In this document: in pieces, positions 28,259 through 37,420 of the stretch
Layout: each line of letters begins with the position of its first letter
How positions within the stretch are numbered: position 1 is the stretch's first letter
DNA from: Gemmatimonadales bacterium
GTDB taxonomy: Bacteria > Gemmatimonadota > Gemmatimonadetes > Gemmatimonadales > GWC2-71-9
Assembly (NCBI GenBank): GCA_035518815.1
Contig: DATIXG010000072.1
Location: 119,348 to 183,347 of the forward strand
Reading direction: 5' to 3'
DNA length: 64,000 nt
Notes under the pieces: generated by a model
What the model was told of the DNA's origin: nothing
Database searches by the model: none
Seen by the model: only the letters and a program-made list of their open reading frames with translations
Position numbers and translations under genes: made by a program

Positions 28259-29086
28259 GTGCTCGCGTTCATGGCGGCGCCCTTCGTGGCGTGCATGATT
28301 CTCGTCGCGATCCATTCGTACCTCGGACTGCACATTATCGCCCGGGGGGTCATCTTCGTGGACCTGTCCCTCGCCCAGATGGCGGCGCTGGGTGGCGTCG
28401 TCGCGCTCTTGTACGGCGCCGCTCCCGACTCGCGCGAAGCGTTCATCTTCTCGCTGGCGTTCACGTGCCTGGGCGCGGCGGTGTTCGCCCTGACCCGGAC
28501 GCGGACCAAGAGCCGCGTGCCGCATGAGGCCATCATCGGAATTGTGTTTGTGACGGCGTCCGCGGCGGCGATTCTCGTGGCCGACCGGGCGCCGCGCGGG
28601 GCCGAGGCGATCCACGATGTGCTCGAGGGGGCTATCATCTGGATCACGTGGCCCACTATCGTCACGAAGGGGATCGCCTATAGCTCCCTCGGGCTGTTGC
28701 ACTTTCTGCTGCGACGCAGGTTTCTGCGGATCTCGTTCGACCCTGAAGGGGCCGAGCGCGACGGCTGGCGCATCCGGTGGTGGGACTTCCTGTTCTACGT
28801 CTCCTTCGGCCTCGCGGTGACGCTGTCCGTTCCCGTAGCCGGCGTCTTGCTTGTCTTCACCATGTTGGTCGTGCCAGCGGTGATCGCGTTCCTGTTCTCG
28901 AGCGACATTCGGTCGATGGTCATCATTTCGTGGGGCGTGGGCATGGTCGCGTCGCTGCTCGGCCTCTGGCTGTCCTATGCCGGCAACTTCCCCACCGGGC
29001 CGCTCATCGTCTGCATGTATGCGCTGCTCCTTCTGCTCGCGGGCGCCCTGCGGTGGCTCGGCGTGGCGGGAGAACGGGCGACGTGA
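28259..29086 (+). CDS. Metal ABC transporter permease (ZnuB/TroCD family)
   Basis: 275 aa. Polytopic membrane protein directly after the binding protein. ABC-3 type profile. Confidence 0.8.
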   Translation: MLAFMAAPFVACMILVAIHSYLGLHIIARGVIFVDLSLAQMAALGGVVALLYGAAPDSREAFIFSLAFTCLGAAVFALTRTRTKSRVPHEAIIGIVFVTASAAAILVADRAPRGAEAIHDVLEGAIIWITWPTIVTKGIAYSSLGLLHFLLRRRFLRISFDPEGAERDGWRIRWWDFLFYVSFGLAVTLSVPVAGVLLVFTMLVVPAVIAFLFSSDIRSMVIISWGVGMVASLLGLWLSYAGNFPTGPLIVCMYALLLLLAGALRWLGVAGERAT

Positions 29087-29724
29087 CGGGCGGGCATGCG
29101 ATCGGCCGGTCAGGTGGGCGGCTCGTCGCCATGCTCCTCACAGCCGCCCCGGCTCACCGTCTGACTGCCCAGATCTCCTGGCACGTCGCCGCCGGCGCCC
29201 GCTACACGACACCCCTCGTGCACGATTCCATCGTCAGTCCGTTCGACGTCAAGCTCGCGCTCGCGCCTGAGCTGGCCCTCACCGTCGGCGCGCAACCCGG
29301 ACACGGATGGGCGCCCCAGGTCCTGCTGGACGCGTCCACCAGCAACCTCGTGCGGCACGACCCTGACGGTACAACTATCACGCTCGAGCGCGTGAGCACC
29401 GTGTCGTTCGCGGTCGGCGTGAGCCACACCCTCCCCGGGGGCCTGCGTGGCAGCGTCGCCGTTGGCGGCCTCAAGTACCTCCCCAGCGAAGAGAGCGGCA
29501 TCTTCCGGCAAGGCAGCGGCGCCATCTCGCCCCTCGGCGCTCTGAGCGTCGCATACGGACTGCCGCTCGGCGAGCCCGGACGACCTCGGCGGTGGTGGCT
29601 GGAAGTGCGCTATGACATCCACGCGTTCACCACGCCCGCGCTGGACGATGAGGGCTTCACGTCCTCGCAGACCGTGCACCGCGTGGCGCTCGCGCTTGGC
29701 CGCGAGTTCGGACACACGCCGTGA
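29083..29724 (+). CDS. Hypothetical protein, possible small outer-membrane beta-barrel
   Basis: In-frame part of ORF 28777..29724. Start is GTG 29083 (GTGA overlap) or ATG 29131. Repeated amphipathic strands (VSFAVGVSHTL, GSVAVGGLKYL, RWWLEVRYDIHAF). Confidence 0.45.
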   Translation: MTGGHAIGRSGGRLVAMLLTAAPAHRLTAQISWHVAAGARYTTPLVHDSIVSPFDVKLALAPELALTVGAQPGHGWAPQVLLDASTSNLVRHDPDGTTITLERVSTVSFAVGVSHTLPGGLRGSVAVGGLKYLPSEESGIFRQGSGAISPLGALSVAYGLPLGEPGRPRRWWLEVRYDIHAFTTPALDDEGFTSSQTVHRVALALGREFGHTP

Positions 29725-30404
29725 CCCCCCTGGCCCGTGCGGCGCATCTGCTCCCGTTTCTCGCGCTCGTGGCCGCGTGCGAGCCGACGGTGCCGGAGCG
29801 CGACTGCAGCACCTGCGTGTACGATTTCGCCGATACGGTCCCCCCGGCGAACGCACTCGTGTTCCACTGGCCCGCCTCTCGCGAGCCGGTGCGCTTCTAC
29901 GGCGATCCGCGCGGGGCCATGCCTACCCTGGTCACCCTGGGGGTCACCGCCTGGGAAGGGCAGTTTCTCTACGGTGAATTTCGGGGCACGATCACGGTCG
30001 ATTCGAGCCAGGCGGACGTGATCATGTCCTGGGCGGGAGGTGTGCCGCCCGACGTCCCTCCCGACCCCGGACCGCCGGTGGACGCGTGCTTCGGTCTCAC
30101 GACGAACCCCGCAGGCGTCTTTGTCGACTCCTCGGCCTCGGACGTCCTCGTCGACACCTCGGTGAAGGTCCTGCACATCACGCTCGGCGCCAGAGGGAGC
30201 TTCCCCGCCGCCGTGGTCGCTGCGTGTCTGCGGCGGGTCGCCATTCACGAGCTCGGGCACGCCCTGGGACTGCTGAAACACAGCGCGTCGTCATTCGACA
30301 TCATGAACGCGACGCCCACGGTCACAGCGCCCAGCACCATCGACCGGAATACGGTGGAAGTGTTGTACCACACGCCGGCGACGCTCGTCCCGCCGCCGCG
30401 CTAG
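29721..30404 (+). CDS. Matrixin-like zinc metalloprotease lipoprotein
   Basis: 227 aa. GTGA overlap. Lipobox FLALVAAC. Zincin motif AIHELGHALGLLKH (HExxHxxGxxH). Confidence 0.7.
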   Translation: MTPLARAAHLLPFLALVAACEPTVPERDCSTCVYDFADTVPPANALVFHWPASREPVRFYGDPRGAMPTLVTLGVTAWEGQFLYGEFRGTITVDSSQADVIMSWAGGVPPDVPPDPGPPVDACFGLTTNPAGVFVDSSASDVLVDTSVKVLHITLGARGSFPAAVVAACLRRVAIHELGHALGLLKHSASSFDIMNATPTVTAPSTIDRNTVEVLYHTPATLVPPPR

Positions 30405-30417
30405 GCACCTCCCCTGC

Positions 30418-30446
30418 TTGACACCGGCAGGTCCGGCCCCTAGCCT
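30418..30446 (+). promoter_or_regulatory. Candidate sigma-70-type promoter for maeB, implying a leaderless or near-leaderless mRNA
   Basis: TTGACA (30418-30423), a 17-nt spacer, TAGCCT (30441-30446), then 7 nt to the ATG at 30454. No Shine-Dalgarno sequence in between. Confidence 0.4.
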
Positions 30447-30453
30447 CGCCTCA

Positions 30454-32739
30454 ATGGCGATCCGTCGCGAAGAAGCCCTCGAGTACCACGCGAAGGGTCG
30501 CCCGGGCAAGATCCAGGTCTCCCCCACCAAGCCCTTCAAGAACCAGCACGACCTCTCGCTCGCCTACACCCCGGGCGTCGCGGAGCCGTGCCGCGAAATC
30601 GCGGAGCGCCCCGACGACGTGTACGCCTACACGGCGCGAGGGAACCTCGTCGCCGTCGTCACGAACGGGACGGCGGTCCTGGGCCTCGGTGATATCGGGC
30701 CGCGCGCGGCGAAGCCGGTCATGGAGGGCAAAGCGCTGTTGTTCAAGGCGTTCGCCGATCTGGACGTGTTCGACCTCGAGGTCGGGTCAAAGAATCCCGA
30801 CGACCTGATCCACTTCTGCCGGCTGCTCGAGCCGACCGTGGGTGGCATCAACCTCGAGGACATCCGATCGCCGGACTGCTTCTACGTGGAGGAGCAGCTC
30901 CGGGCCACGCTCTCCATTCCCGTGTTTCACGACGACCAGCATGGCACCGCGATCATTTCGGGCGCGGCCCTCCTCAACGCGCTCGAGATCGTGGGCAAGA
31001 CGATCGGCTCGGTGCGCGTCGTGTTCGCGGGGGCGGGCGCCGCCGCGCAGGCCACCGCGTTGCACTACGAGCGCCTCGGCGTCGAGCACGAGCGCATCGT
31101 GATGTGCGATCAACACGGCGTGCTCCACGCCGGTCGGACCGACCTCGACCCCTACAAGAAACGGTTCGTGAGCGGCACCAAGGCGCGGACCCTGGGCGAG
31201 GCCCTCGTCGGCGCGGACGTCTTCGTCGGGCTGTCCACCGGCGGCATCGTCACCGGCGAGATGCTCGCGGGGATGGCGCCGCGACCGGTCGTGTTCGCTC
31301 TCGCCAACCCGACGCCAGAAATCATGCCCGACGAGGCACGGCGGGCGCGCCCCGATGCCGTCGTCGCCACCGGTCGCTCCGATTTCGCGAACCAGGTGAA
31401 CAACGTGCTCGGCTTTCCGTTCATCTTCCGCGGCGCGCTCGACGTGCGGGCGAGGGCGATCAACGAGCAGATGGAGCTTGCGGCCACGCGCGCCCTCGCT
31501 GCGCTCGCCAAACAGGAGGTGCCCGACTCCGTGACCCGGGCGTACGGCCTCGAGCAGCTGCACTTCGGGCCCGACTACCTGATTCCCAAGCCGTTCGACC
31601 CACGCGTGCTCCTGTGGGTGGCGCCCGCCGTCGCGTGGGCCGCCGTGGCGTCGGGCGTCGCCGGGCGCACGATCGATGAAGAAGAGTACCGCGCCGAGCT
31701 CGAGGCCAGGCTGGGCCGCGCGCGGGAGGTGATGCGCGGGCTCTCGGCACGGGCGCAACGGGCCCCACAGCGGATTGTCTTTCCGGAAGGAACCGAGCCG
31801 CGCATCGTTCGCGCGGCCCGCGCGCTCACCGACGAGGGAACGGCCATCCCGATCCTCCTCGGCGACGCCGGCCGGGTCCGCGAGCAGGCCCACGCGGTGG
31901 GCGTGACCCTGGACGGCATCGAGCTGATTGACCCGCGGACCGCGCCCGACCGGGAGGCGCTCGCCCGCGAGCTGTGGGAGCGCCGTCGCCGCAAGGGCAT
32001 CACTCTCCGCGAGGCGCGGGCCCGCGCCGAGGATCCCATGCACTACGCGCTGCTCACCCTCGGCGCAGGTCGGGCGGATGCCGTCGTCGCCGGGGAGGAC
32101 ACCTACTATCCCGACGCGATCCGTCCGGCGCTCGAGATCATCGGGGCGGAGCCGGGGCGCCGCCACGTCAGCGGGATTTACATGCTGGTGTTCCCCCAGC
32201 ACACCCTGTTCTGCGCCGACTGCACGGTGAACATCGATCCGACGGCCGAGACGCTTGCGGAAATCGCGTCCGCCACCGCGCAGTTCGTACGACGACTCGG
32301 GATCGAGCCTCGCGTGGCGATGCTGTCGTTTTCCAATTTCGGATCGGTCCGACACCCGGCCGTGGAGAAGGTGCGGCAGGCGGTGGCGCTCCTGCACGAG
32401 CAGGAACCCGGACTCGAGGTCGACGGCGAAATGCAGGCCGACACCGCAGTGGTGGAACGCCTGCTGACGCAGACGTACCCCTTCGCCCGCCTCAAGGCTC
32501 CGGCCAACGTCCTGATCTTCCCGAACCTCGACGCCGCGAACATCTCCTACAAACTGCTCGACCGGCTCGGCGGCGCGCAGGCGATCGGCCCGATTCTGGT
32601 AGGGATGGCGAAACCGGTCCATATCCTGCAGCGTGGCGCGGAGGTGAGCGACATCGTCAACATGGCCGTCATCGCCGCCGTCGACGCCCAGGAGCACCGC
32701 CGCGGCACCCCGTCCCCGCCCGCCGGCTCCCCCCCGTGA
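30454..32739 (+). CDS. maeB: NADP-dependent malic enzyme (malic enzyme + phosphotransacetylase-like domain)
   Basis: ORF 30418..32739. [37 protein letters not shown] at ATG 30454 gives 761 aa. C-terminal PTA-like domain present. Confidence 0.9.
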   Translation: MAIRREEALEYHAKGRPGKIQVSPTKPFKNQHDLSLAYTPGVAEPCREIAERPDDVYAYTARGNLVAVVTNGTAVLGLGDIGPRAAKPVMEGKALLFKAFADLDVFDLEVGSKNPDDLIHFCRLLEPTVGGINLEDIRSPDCFYVEEQLRATLSIPVFHDDQHGTAIISGAALLNALEIVGKTIGSVRVVFAGAGAAAQATALHYERLGVEHERIVMCDQHGVLHAGRTDLDPYKKRFVSGTKARTLGEALVGADVFVGLSTGGIVTGEMLAGMAPRPVVFALANPTPEIMPDEARRARPDAVVATGRSDFANQVNNVLGFPFIFRGALDVRARAINEQMELAATRALAALAKQEVPDSVTRAYGLEQLHFGPDYLIPKPFDPRVLLWVAPAVAWAAVASGVAGRTIDEEEYRAELEARLGRAREVMRGLSARAQRAPQRIVFPEGTEPRIVRAARALTDEGTAIPILLGDAGRVREQAHAVGVTLDGIELIDPRTAPDREALARELWERRRRKGITLREARARAEDPMHYALLTLGAGRADAVVAGEDTYYPDAIRPALEIIGAEPGRRHVSGIYMLVFPQHTLFCADCTVNIDPTAETLAEIASATAQFVRRLGIEPRVAMLSFSNFGSVRHPAVEKVRQAVALLHEQEPGLEVDGEMQADTAVVERLLTQTYPFARLKAPANVLIFPNLDAANISYKLLDRLGGAQAIGPILVGMAKPVHILQRGAEVSDIVNMAVIAAVDAQEHRRGTPSPPAGSPP

Positions 32740-33986
32740 GCCGGTTCGAGGTCGTCCGCGATCCGCTGTGGAACAATATTCGGCTCGATCCCGAAGCGCT
32801 CGCCGTCGTCGACACACCGCCGGTGCAGCGCCTGCGCTACGTGCGACAGCTGGGTCACGCGTTCCTCGTATATCCCGGCGCGACCCACACGCGGTTCGAG
32901 CACGCGTTGGGCGCATACCACCTGGCCCGGCGCGCTCTCGCCCAGCTGGAGGAAACGGCGCGCGGCCCGCTGCTCGATCCCGCGGCGCGCCTGCGGCTCA
33001 AGCTCGCGGCGCTGCTGCACGACATCGGCCACTACCCGTTCTCGCACGCTCTCGAGGAAGCGGGGATGCCGCATCACGAGGCGCTCGCGGCGCGCCAGCT
33101 CGGCGCGGGCGAGCTGGCGCGGTGTCTCGAGCAACTCGGCGTGGCGCCGACGGACCTGCTGCCGCTGATTCAGGGCACAAGCGACAGCCCGTTGGCCGGG
33201 CTCATCTCGGGGTCGGTGGACGTGGACAAGCTCGACTATCTCTCGCGGGACGCGTGGATGTGCGGGGTGCCGTATGGCGTGATCGACGTGGATCGCCTCC
33301 TGACCTCGCTCTGTGTGGCCGAGGCGTCGACCGGCCCGGTGCTCGCGCTGCACGAGAAAGGCCTCACGGCGCTCGAGTCGCTGTTGTTCGCGAAATACCA
33401 GATGTATCGGAACGTGTATTGGCACCACGCGGTCCGGAGCGCGACGGTGATGTTCAACCGGCTCGTGCGGGTGGCGCTGGCCGCGGGGAGGCTGCGCCTC
33501 GACGACGTCGCGCACGCAACAGACGACGGGTTCATCCAAGAGCTGCAGCGTGATGACCCGACCGGGCTTGCGCGGGCGCTGCGAGAGCGGCGTCTGGCCA
33601 AGCGGGCGCTCGACCTCCCGGCGACCGAGCTCCCCGCCGACCCGCCAGCCTGGGTGGCGGACGATCCCGAGCTCCGCGGCCGGGTCGAGGACACGCTCGC
33701 GCGGGACGCGGGCCTCGCGCCCGGTGAGTTGTTCCTCGACTTCCCCGCCAAGGACGCGCTCTTCACCCTCGACGTCCCCGTGGTCAAGCGCGACGGGTCG
33801 GTGCTGCGGCTGGCCGGCGCGGGCGCCGGGGCCTACCTGGGCCTCGCCCGCGTCGCCGGGGAGCTGTATCGCACGGCGCGCCGGCTGCGTGTGTTCGTGC
33901 TGCGGCCGGCGCGCGTGGATACCAAGGTGATCGTGGATCTCGTCCTGACGCCCCGCGACCAGGTCGCGGCTCACGTCGCTCCGTAA
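32736..33986 (+). CDS. HD-domain phosphohydrolase, SAMHD1-like (COG1078-type)
   Basis: In-frame part of ORF 31974..33986. GTG 32736 (GTGA overlap with maeB). Contains THTRFEHALGAYHLA, LLHDIGHYPFSHALE and DVDKLDYLSRD. Confidence 0.8.
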   Translation: MSRFEVVRDPLWNNIRLDPEALAVVDTPPVQRLRYVRQLGHAFLVYPGATHTRFEHALGAYHLARRALAQLEETARGPLLDPAARLRLKLAALLHDIGHYPFSHALEEAGMPHHEALAARQLGAGELARCLEQLGVAPTDLLPLIQGTSDSPLAGLISGSVDVDKLDYLSRDAWMCGVPYGVIDVDRLLTSLCVAEASTGPVLALHEKGLTALESLLFAKYQMYRNVYWHHAVRSATVMFNRLVRVALAAGRLRLDDVAHATDDGFIQELQRDDPTGLARALRERRLAKRALDLPATELPADPPAWVADDPELRGRVEDTLARDAGLAPGELFLDFPAKDALFTLDVPVVKRDGSVLRLAGAGAGAYLGLARVAGELYRTARRLRVFVLRPARVDTKVIVDLVLTPRDQVAAHVAP

Positions 33987-33994
33987 GCGCAGGC

Positions 33995-34771
33995 TCAGCT
34001 CTTGGGCCGGGGCACCAGCGTGTCGTCGGCGCTGGGAGCGTCGACCGTGTCCACCCGCACCACGATGGCCGTGATGTTGTCCAGACCGCCGGAGCGGTTT
34101 GCCGCCGCGACGAGCTCAACCACTTGTTCTTCAGGCGCCCGCCCGCTCGCGAGCACACCGGCAAGCTCGGCATCCTCGAGCATTCCCGTGAGTCCGTCCG
34201 ACGCCAGCAGAAAGAGGTCATTCGGCTTCACGGAGCCGGCGTACAAATCGGGCGCCACGTCGTTGTTCGCCCCCACACAGCGTGTGATGACGTTGCTGTA
34301 GGGGTGCGTGCGCGCCTGCTCGGGCGTCAGGTAGCCCGCGTCCACCTGCTCCTGCACGTACGAGTGGTCCTTCGTGATCTGCACCAAGTTGCCGTCGCGA
34401 AGCAGGTACGCGCGGCTGTCCCCGACCTGCCCGATGAGGAATCGCGCGCCGTGCAGCACCAATGCCGTCACAGTGGTGCCCATACCGCGCTTGTCCACTT
34501 CGGTCAGCGTGCGCTGGAAGATCGCGCCGTTGGCGGCGCGAATCGCCCCGCGCATCCGCTCCGCGATCTGCTCGTCGGCGAGGCCGTTCAACGACCCCAG
34601 GTCGCGCGCGACGTTGCTGACCGCCATCTCGCTCGCCACCTCGCCGGCGGCATGGCCTCCCATCCCGTCGGCGACGATGAAGATCCCCCGCTCCGGCGCA
34701 ACGGCATAGTTGTCCTCGTTGCCCGAGCGAACGGTGCCGACATCGGTTCGACCTGCCGCGGTGAGGTGCAC
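33995..34771 (-). CDS. PP2C-family Ser/Thr protein phosphatase
   Basis: ORF 33995..34858. Start moved to GTG 34771, downstream of the FHA gene stop. Contains GRTDVGTVRSGNEDNY, FIVADGMGGHAAGEVAS and LASDGLT. Confidence 0.85.
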   Translation of the reverse strand: MHLTAAGRTDVGTVRSGNEDNYAVAPERGIFIVADGMGGHAAGEVASEMAVSNVARDLGSLNGLADEQIAERMRGAIRAANGAIFQRTLTEVDKRGMGTTVTALVLHGARFLIGQVGDSRAYLLRDGNLVQITKDHSYVQEQVDAGYLTPEQARTHPYSNVITRCVGANNDVAPDLYAGSVKPNDLFLLASDGLTGMLEDAELAGVLASGRAPEEQVVELVAAANRSGGLDNITAIVVRVDTVDAPSADDTLVPRPKS

Positions 34772-34782
34772 TCGCGCTAGCG

Positions 34783-36165
34783 TTAGGCGAGGAGCCAGTA
34801 TGTGAGCGCCACCACCCCGGTCGCGCCGGCCAGCAGCACGACCACACTCGCGCCGCACCCCTTCCCCTTCTTCTCGGGAGGTGGAGCGGGTCCGCGTTTG
34901 GGGGCGGCCGTCGCCTTCGGCGCTCGGGAGGGCGGCGCCGGCTTGGGCGCTGGGCGGGCGGCGACAGGGGGTACCGGTGGACGAGGGGAGGGAGCAGCAG
35001 GGGAAGCGGGAGCAGGAGCGGGTGCGGGGGCGGGGGGAGCAGCCTTGGAAGCGTCATCGGCCGGGGCGCGCACCACGACGGTGCCTCCTCCCCTCTCCAC
35101 TCCCAGCGCATCGTCCGCGGGCTGGAACGTGAGCACCACGTCCCCGAACCGGAGGGTCGCCCCAGGCCCCACCGGCGCCTCTCCCTTCACACGCTCGTCA
35201 TCCACGAAACTCCCGTTCGTCGAATCCAGGTCGACCACCACCCACACGCCCTCGCGCCGTTGCAGCTTGGCGTGCGCCGTGGAGACGGAGCCGTCAGGAA
35301 GTACCACGTCGTTGTAGTCGGCGCGCCCGACGTTGGCCACAGGCGTCTTGATCTGGAATCGCTGGCCCTTGAGTGGCCCAGCCTTGCCCAGGAGCGTCGC
35401 CAGGGCGCCCGGCTGGGGTGGGCGCGGCGCGGACGGGGCCGGCGGGGCGGCGGGGGCGGGGGGGGGCGCAACAGCCGCTGGTGTCTGATCGGCGTAGAAG
35501 CGAAAGTTCTCTTCCCCGATCCGCACGATGTCCGCCCGGGCCAGTCTCCGCTGTCCCTGCACCCGCTCCTCGTTGACCCATGTCCCGTTTGTGCTGGCGT
35601 CGACCAACACGTAGCCCTGCGGCGTCGCCGTGATCTCGGCGTGCCGACGCGAGACGTCCTTCCCCCCCACGACCACGTCGCATCCGGCCTCTCGACCGAA
35701 TACCAGTGACTTGCCCGCGACGACGTACTCGCGCCCATCGGTGAGACTCACGACGCGACCGCCCGTACTCGCGCTGGGAGCGCCGCTACGTGCCCCGCCT
35801 CCCGCCACCGCAGGCCGCGGTGGCGCCCCCCCGGCTGCCGCAGGCACTCCGACCGCCTGCATGAACTGCGTGCTGCCGGTGCGGCGCTCGTCGACGAAGG
35901 TCAGCTCCCGACCGCCCAGCTCGATCTTGTCACCGTGCAGCATCGGCGTCGGCTCGGCGCCCAGGCGCACACCGTTGATCATCACGTCGGCGGCGGGCGT
36001 CGCCTTGCGGATCACCACCTGCCCATCGGCCTGACCCTGGATCAGGGCGTGGCGCGGGAGCATGCCCTCGCCCGTGATGACGATCGTGGACGCCGGGTCG
36101 CTGCCCAGGACCAGCTCGCCGACAGGGATGGGGACCCGCTTGTCACCGAATTCGAGAAGCGCCAT
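34783..36165 (-). CDS. Triple-FHA-domain protein with Pro/Ala-rich linker and C-terminal TM anchor
   Basis: ORF 34783..36228. Start at ATG 36165 (MALLEFGDKRV). Three FHA-like units: ..LPRHALI..VMINGVRL, ..GREAGCDVVV..VSRRHAEI..STNGTWVN, ..VGRADYNDVVL..VSTAHAKL..STNGSFVD. C-terminal CGASVVVLLAGATGVVALTYWLLA. Confidence 0.85.
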   Translation of the reverse strand: MALLEFGDKRVPIPVGELVLGSDPASTIVITGEGMLPRHALIQGQADGQVVIRKATPAADVMINGVRLGAEPTPMLHGDKIELGGRELTFVDERRTGSTQFMQAVGVPAAAGGAPPRPAVAGGGARSGAPSASTGGRVVSLTDGREYVVAGKSLVFGREAGCDVVVGGKDVSRRHAEITATPQGYVLVDASTNGTWVNEERVQGQRRLARADIVRIGEENFRFYADQTPAAVAPPPAPAAPPAPSAPRPPQPGALATLLGKAGPLKGQRFQIKTPVANVGRADYNDVVLPDGSVSTAHAKLQRREGVWVVVDLDSTNGSFVDDERVKGEAPVGPGATLRFGDVVLTFQPADDALGVERGGGTVVVRAPADDASKAAPPAPAPAPAPASPAAPSPRPPVPPVAARPAPKPAPPSRAPKATAAPKRGPAPPPEKKGKGCGASVVVLLAGATGVVALTYWLLA

Positions 36166-36249
36166 CGCAAGAAACCTGAGAAGGGTGAGGCGAGACCCGA
36201 AGTTACGGCCGGGGCCGTAACCGCGCAAGGAAACACGGTTTACGCACGA

Positions 36250-37329
36250 TCACCCCGTCGGCTCCAGCGCTCCCTCGTCGCCGCGATCGACGGGACCTCG
36301 GCGGAGCCAGTACCAGAACAGGAACGAACCCACGATCACCGTCGCGTAGCTGTTGATGAAACGCCAGATGAGGGCGTACGATGGGAGCTGCGACGGACTG
36401 ACGTAGATCTTCATGACGGTCGCCGAAATGATCTCGGCGAGCCCCGCGGACCCCGGCGTGGGCGCGAAATACAGCAGGAAGGTGATGAACGTCTGCAGCA
36501 GCAGGATGTCCACGAAGTTCGCCGGAATGCCGAGCGCGCGGAGCGCGACGTACCCGGCCAACAGCTTGTTGGCGTGGGATGGAGCGGAGAGCAGAATCGC
36601 CCAGAACAGGGCCAGCCACCCGCTGGGATTGCCGAACGCCACCATGCACTCATGGGCGCGGTCGATGCCTTGACGCAGCTTCTCGATGCGCGCCGCTATG
36701 CCCTTGCTGCGCCGTTCCAACCGCCCAGCGAGCCAGTGGACGCCGTCGCGCAACCAGGCCGGAAACACCATCGCGACGAGCATGAGCACGCCCAGGATGC
36801 CGAAGATCGTGAGACTGGTGCGAAACAGATCGTAGTAGTTGATCCCGAGGACGATGTTGTGCTGCGCTAGGGACCGGCCCCCGCCCATGTAGATCGCCAA
36901 CGGGCCGGCGATCGCGAAGAACGCCACGGTCGCGACGAAGGTCATGAAGGTGGACGTCATGGCCTCGGGCAGTCGCACCCCCGCGCGCGTCATCGCCCAC
37001 ATCATCGTCGGACCGGCGCCCGTCTGAAACGGCGTGAGGTACGCCGCCCAGGCGCTCATCCCGCCCGCGAATACCATGTCCCGGAACCGCACACCGGGAT
37101 GCACGTGCCGTGCGACGACCCACAAGCGCGCGCCTCCCCCGAACCAATCCATGGACGCGAGCCCAAGCCCGGCCAACATCCAGCCCCAGTGCAGGTGCAA
37201 CAGCGGGGCGACGACCGCTTCGAGGTTGTCGCCGTAGACGACGAGCACGACGGCGACGCCAACCAGGGAGATGACTGCGAAGAGCTCGAGACCGCGACGA
37301 AGCAGGCGTGGGGTCAGGGCGATCGGCAT
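36250..37329 (-). CDS. Flippase-like / UPF0104 (lysylphosphatidylglycerol-synthase TM region-like) membrane protein
   Basis: 359 aa, polytopic. Contains the GGMSAWAAYLTPFQTGAGP and FAPTPGSAGLAEI motifs seen in the UPF0104 family. Confidence 0.65.
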   Translation of the reverse strand: MPIALTPRLLRRGLELFAVISLVGVAVVLVVYGDNLEAVVAPLLHLHWGWMLAGLGLASMDWFGGGARLWVVARHVHPGVRFRDMVFAGGMSAWAAYLTPFQTGAGPTMMWAMTRAGVRLPEAMTSTFMTFVATVAFFAIAGPLAIYMGGGRSLAQHNIVLGINYYDLFRTSLTIFGILGVLMLVAMVFPAWLRDGVHWLAGRLERRSKGIAARIEKLRQGIDRAHECMVAFGNPSGWLALFWAILLSAPSHANKLLAGYVALRALGIPANFVDILLLQTFITFLLYFAPTPGSAGLAEIISATVMKIYVSPSQLPSYALIWRFINSYATVIVGSFLFWYWLRRGPVDRGDEGALEPTG

Positions 37330-37344
37330 GGAAGGCGAAAGTAC

Positions 37345-37388
37345 AGGTGTCAGGTGTCAGGGGCTAGGTGTCAGGTTCGCCCGACACC
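37345..37388. repeat. Three direct copies of AGGTGTC plus one inverted copy (GACACC) in the divergent UPF0104/uvrA intergenic region
   Basis: AGGTGTC at 37345-37351, 37352-37358 and 37366-37372. GACACC at 37383-37388, followed by the palindrome CCCGGCGCCGGG. Confidence 0.6.
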
Positions 37389-37420
37389 CGGCGCCGGGCA
37401 CCGCTTATCTTTCTGAGTTT

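Noticed and set aside
27059-28702. 547-aa minus-strand ORF antisense to the ZnuA/ZnuB-like genes
   Set aside because: Shadow ORF. The plus-strand genes carry clear family motifs and operon-style spacing. The same reasoning rejects 30787..32916, 32547..33974, 41859..43067, 44130..45512, 45606..46778, 61619..63079, 12260..13612, 13366..14436, 15795..17078, 17369..18571 and 18409..19677.
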